From contig CAVUZH010000019.1 of NCBI GenBank assembly GCA_963745835.1, positions 128,001-192,000 on the forward strand: a DNA stretch of 64,000 bases, in the 5' to 3' direction. The notes beneath the pieces are model-generated. The model searched no databases. It saw only the letters and a list, made by a program, of their open reading frames with translations, and had not been told where the DNA came from. Numbering within the stretch: position 1 is the first letter of the stretch; every line of letters starts with the position of its first letter. The position numbers and the translations under genes are program-made. Positions 61,439 through 64,000 of this stretch are shown piece by piece. Source of the DNA: an uncultured delta proteobacterium (lineage in GTDB: Bacteria > Desulfobacterota > Binatia > UBA9968).

Positions 61439-61945
61439 ATGTCAGTTGCTGAACATAAGGCAAAGGGTAAGAAGAGCATCCGCTGTTTCGTCATCACGGT
61501 CAGCGATACGCGTTCAGAGGCGAATGATACCAGCGGCCAGACCATCAAATCGATGTTGGGCGCGGAAGAGCACCAAATTGCCGGCTATCGCATCGTCAAG
61601 GACGAACCGGCTCAAATCGAAGCACTTCTCAACGAGGCGCTTGCCGCCGTTGAAGTCGATGCAGTGATCGTTAATGGCGGCACCGGTATTGCGCCGCGGG
61701 ACGGCACTTACGAGGTGGTCTCGCGTTTACTGGAAAAAAAACTCGATGGCTTTGGCGAGATTTTCCGCTACCTGAGCTACCTGGATATCGGCTCTGCCGC
61801 GATTATGAGTCGCTCGGCAGCCGGATCTGCTCGCGGCAAAGTGCTGATTTCACTGCCCGGCTCCAAGGGCGCCGTGACATTAGCTATGGAAAAGCTGATT
61901 CTCCCAGAGATCCGCCACATGGTTTCTCAACTGCAAGGAACATGA
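61439..61945 (+). CDS. moaB: molybdopterin adenylyltransferase MoaB/Mog
   Basis: ITVSD, D.SG, IVKDE, GGTG..RD.T.E, SLPGS. Confidence 0.92.
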   Translation: MSVAEHKAKGKKSIRCFVITVSDTRSEANDTSGQTIKSMLGAEEHQIAGYRIVKDEPAQIEALLNEALAAVEVDAVIVNGGTGIAPRDGTYEVVSRLLEKKLDGFGEIFRYLSYLDIGSAAIMSRSAAGSARGKVLISLPGSKGAVTLAMEKLILPEIRHMVSQLQGT

Positions 61946-62187
61946 AAATCAAAGTTAAATTCTTTGCCATCTTGCGCGAGCGCGCCGGAACGGCGGAAGT
62001 CACCAAAGATATCCGAGATGGAAGCACGGTAACGGATCTTTGGCAGGCACTGCAGCAAGACTTTCCCAAATTGAATGTCGCCGGGATTCGCTTGTTGTAT
62101 GCGGTCAATCAGAACTACGTCAGCCCGGATTTCAAGCTGAGCGATCAAGACGAAGTGGTTTTTATTCCGCCAGTAAGCGGAGGATGA
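61942..62187 (+). CDS. moaD: molybdopterin synthase sulfur carrier
   Basis: VKFFA.LRE, AVNQ.Y, PPVSGG C-terminus. Confidence 0.95.
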   Translation: MKIKVKFFAILRERAGTAEVTKDIRDGSTVTDLWQALQQDFPKLNVAGIRLLYAVNQNYVSPDFKLSDQDEVVFIPPVSGG

Positions 62188-62193
62188 GGATCG

Positions 62194-62634
62194 ATGTTTC
62201 GAGTTACCAACCAACCCATTGATCTACAAGAACTCGTGCGATTTGTCACCGATCCGGAAACGGGCGCCATCGCGACGTTCATTGGCACGACCCGCAATCA
62301 TAACGACGGCCGGAAGGTGATCGCGCTCGATTATGATGGATACCCGGAAATGGCGGAGAAAGAATTGGCGCGTATTGGCGCGGCCGCGCGCAAACAGTGG
62401 CAGATTTGCCGGATGGCTATCGTTCATCGCCTGGGTCCGGTGCAGATCACTGAAGCGAGCGTGATGATCGCCGTTTCCTCGGGTCATCGAGAGGCGGCGT
62501 TTGCCGCGTGCCGATTTGCCATCGAGGAGATTAAGAGAACCGTGCCGATCTGGAAAAAAGAAGTTTTTGAAGGTGGTGAAGTTTGGATCGGAACGCAAAC
62601 TGGAGAACCGCTGGCGCAAAAAGATGAAGGATGA
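62194..62634 (+). CDS. moaE: molybdopterin synthase catalytic subunit
   Basis: GAIATFIGTTR, HRLG, HR..AF, VPIWKKE. Confidence 0.95.
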   Translation: MFRVTNQPIDLQELVRFVTDPETGAIATFIGTTRNHNDGRKVIALDYDGYPEMAEKELARIGAAARKQWQICRMAIVHRLGPVQITEASVMIAVSSGHREAAFAACRFAIEEIKRTVPIWKKEVFEGGEVWIGTQTGEPLAQKDEG

Positions 62635-62686
62635 TGGAACGGATGCGGCAAGACTTGCGCCAGGCTCTTTGCTCACAGCCGCTTGC

Positions 62687-63337
62687 TCAGTTTTTCTCGA
62701 GCATTTTTCCACGCACTCGAGCGCGCAGCCAAACAATCGCGCCAATAATGCTCAGGATCAAGATTGCTGAGACAATACCCTCGGCTCTATCAAGGCCTTT
62801 AGCAAAACCCTGGTACGTCTCGCCTAGTCCCCAGCCAAGATAGCCCAGTAAAAGACAGCGTGGGATAGCTCCGTAGAACGTCCAGAGGCTGAATTGCTTG
62901 AGCGGCAAACGAAGCAATCCGGCCGCTGCGGAAATGACCGAGAGCGGAAATATCGGCAGCGCCCGTAAAAAGAAAATGGTGGTGTTCACCCGTCCACCCT
63001 GAAAACGCCGTTCCAGCGCCTCGACATCGCTCCAGTTAAATCCAAGAAATCCCTTCCATCGATCGACCACAGTTTTGCCGCCGAAGTAGCCGATGCCATA
63101 GCCGATATAGGCGCCAAGCGTTGAGGCGACGGATCCCGGTAGAACGATCTGTAGAAGTATCGGCACGAGCGCTTCGAAGAAGCTGAGCTGCGGGCTGATC
63201 AACACGAACCCGGCGCCCATGATGATTAGCGGTGATGGAATCGGCACGATTACCGATTCGATGATGACGCCGATGAAGACGCTCCACGCTCCGTAAGAGC
63301 GAATCGACTCCATGATCCAATTTAGAATTGCGGCCAC
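62687..63337 (-). CDS. DedA/VTT-family membrane protein
   Basis: IESVIVPIPS, GS..G..IGY..G..GG, R..P, AGL. Confidence 0.88.
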   Translation of the reverse strand: MAAILNWIMESIRSYGAWSVFIGVIIESVIVPIPSPLIIMGAGFVLISPQLSFFEALVPILLQIVLPGSVASTLGAYIGYGIGYFGGKTVVDRWKGFLGFNWSDVEALERRFQGGRVNTTIFFLRALPIFPLSVISAAAGLLRLPLKQFSLWTFYGAIPRCLLLGYLGWGLGETYQGFAKGLDRAEGIVSAILILSIIGAIVWLRARVRGKMLEKN

Positions 63338-63529
63338 GGTTTATGTCTCCCAATCGAATTTGTGCCAGGGTAACAGCTTCAATGATTTAAGTTAAGGGAA
63401 ACGTTCCGGCGATATTCCGACAGGCCTGCCACAGAGGTCCCCGCGATGTCGGCGCTGGAAAAACACCCGGCCACGGAATGATTGAGCGGCGGAAAGCGGT
63501 GCCGTTTGGGGGGCGGGCGAAACCTAAAG

Positions 63530-64000
63530 TCAATCGATACGATGAACCGCGTCTTGCGGAAGAGAAGCGAGCAAGGTCTTGAGCGCCCCATCAAGGTAGT
63601 CCGAGTCTTTGGATTCCAACGTGACTTTTACCTTGTAGTCCGGCAGATCTAGAACGGGGTAGGAGCCAAGAAGCAGATGGGGGAACTTCGCCAGTAAATC
63701 GTTGAGTGCGGAGGCGATGACACCTTCGCCGTATCTGACAAAAACATTTTTAAGAAAATAAGGCGCACCGCGAAAGCGTTCTTTGATGGCATCAAAGCGC
63801 TCCTGAAGAATCCGCGGGATGCCGGGAAAAATATAAACATTGTGGATATTGATGACCGGGGCAAAGAGCGCTTCGGTGGCCAAAAGCACGGCGCCTTCTG
63901 GAACATTGGCCATTCTCAAGCGCGCCTCGTTAACGTCCCCGCCCAGGCGTTGGCGCATCCGGTTCTCTATTTCCGGATGCCGGACGACCGGCACAGAGAA
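63530..64000 (-). CDS. CinA/FAD-synthase-like molybdopterin-binding domain protein (5' part outside the window)
   Basis: RMA.VPEGA, NVYIFPGIP, EG.IA..L, GSYP. Confidence 0.85.
   Translation of the reverse strand, partial: FSVPVVRHPEIENRMRQRLGGDVNEARLRMANVPEGAVLLATEALFAPVINIHNVYIFPGIPRILQERFDAIKERFRGAPYFLKNVFVRYGEGVIASALNDLLAKFPHLLLGSYPVLDLPDYKVKVTLESKDSDYLDGALKTLLASLPQDAVHRID

Overview
A 64-kb bacterial chromosome segment of moderate-to-high GC. The gene content (many NMT1/THI5-like and TctC-like solute-binding proteins, amidohydrolase_2, LLM and MetE-like paralogues, a stand-alone spoVG) suggests a Binatia/deltaproteobacterial-type soil organism; this is an inference. It contains housekeeping genes (fabI, lnt, nth, gshB, rsmE, prmA, hemW, moaB/D/E, tRNA-Phe). 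It also has a DUF1302-DUF1329-YCF48-MMPL/RND envelope operon with an attached solute-binding protein, two catabolic clusters flanking tRNA-Phe, and an ABC unit without an ATPase. The most notable feature is a trans-envelope signalling locus: a CHASE2 class III cyclase with guanylate-type (E/G) specificity residues, a FecR-TPR-beta-barrel outer-membrane protein, two secreted Cys-containing proteins and a convergent triple-PG-binding lipoprotein. Three copies of a modular MITE-like repeat and several unannotated small ORFs were found. About 15 or more single-base frameshifts, including in housekeeping genes, most likely reflect sequencing indel errors. No CRISPR array, rRNA, integrase or transposase was seen. 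All assignments come from manual motif reading, not database searches.
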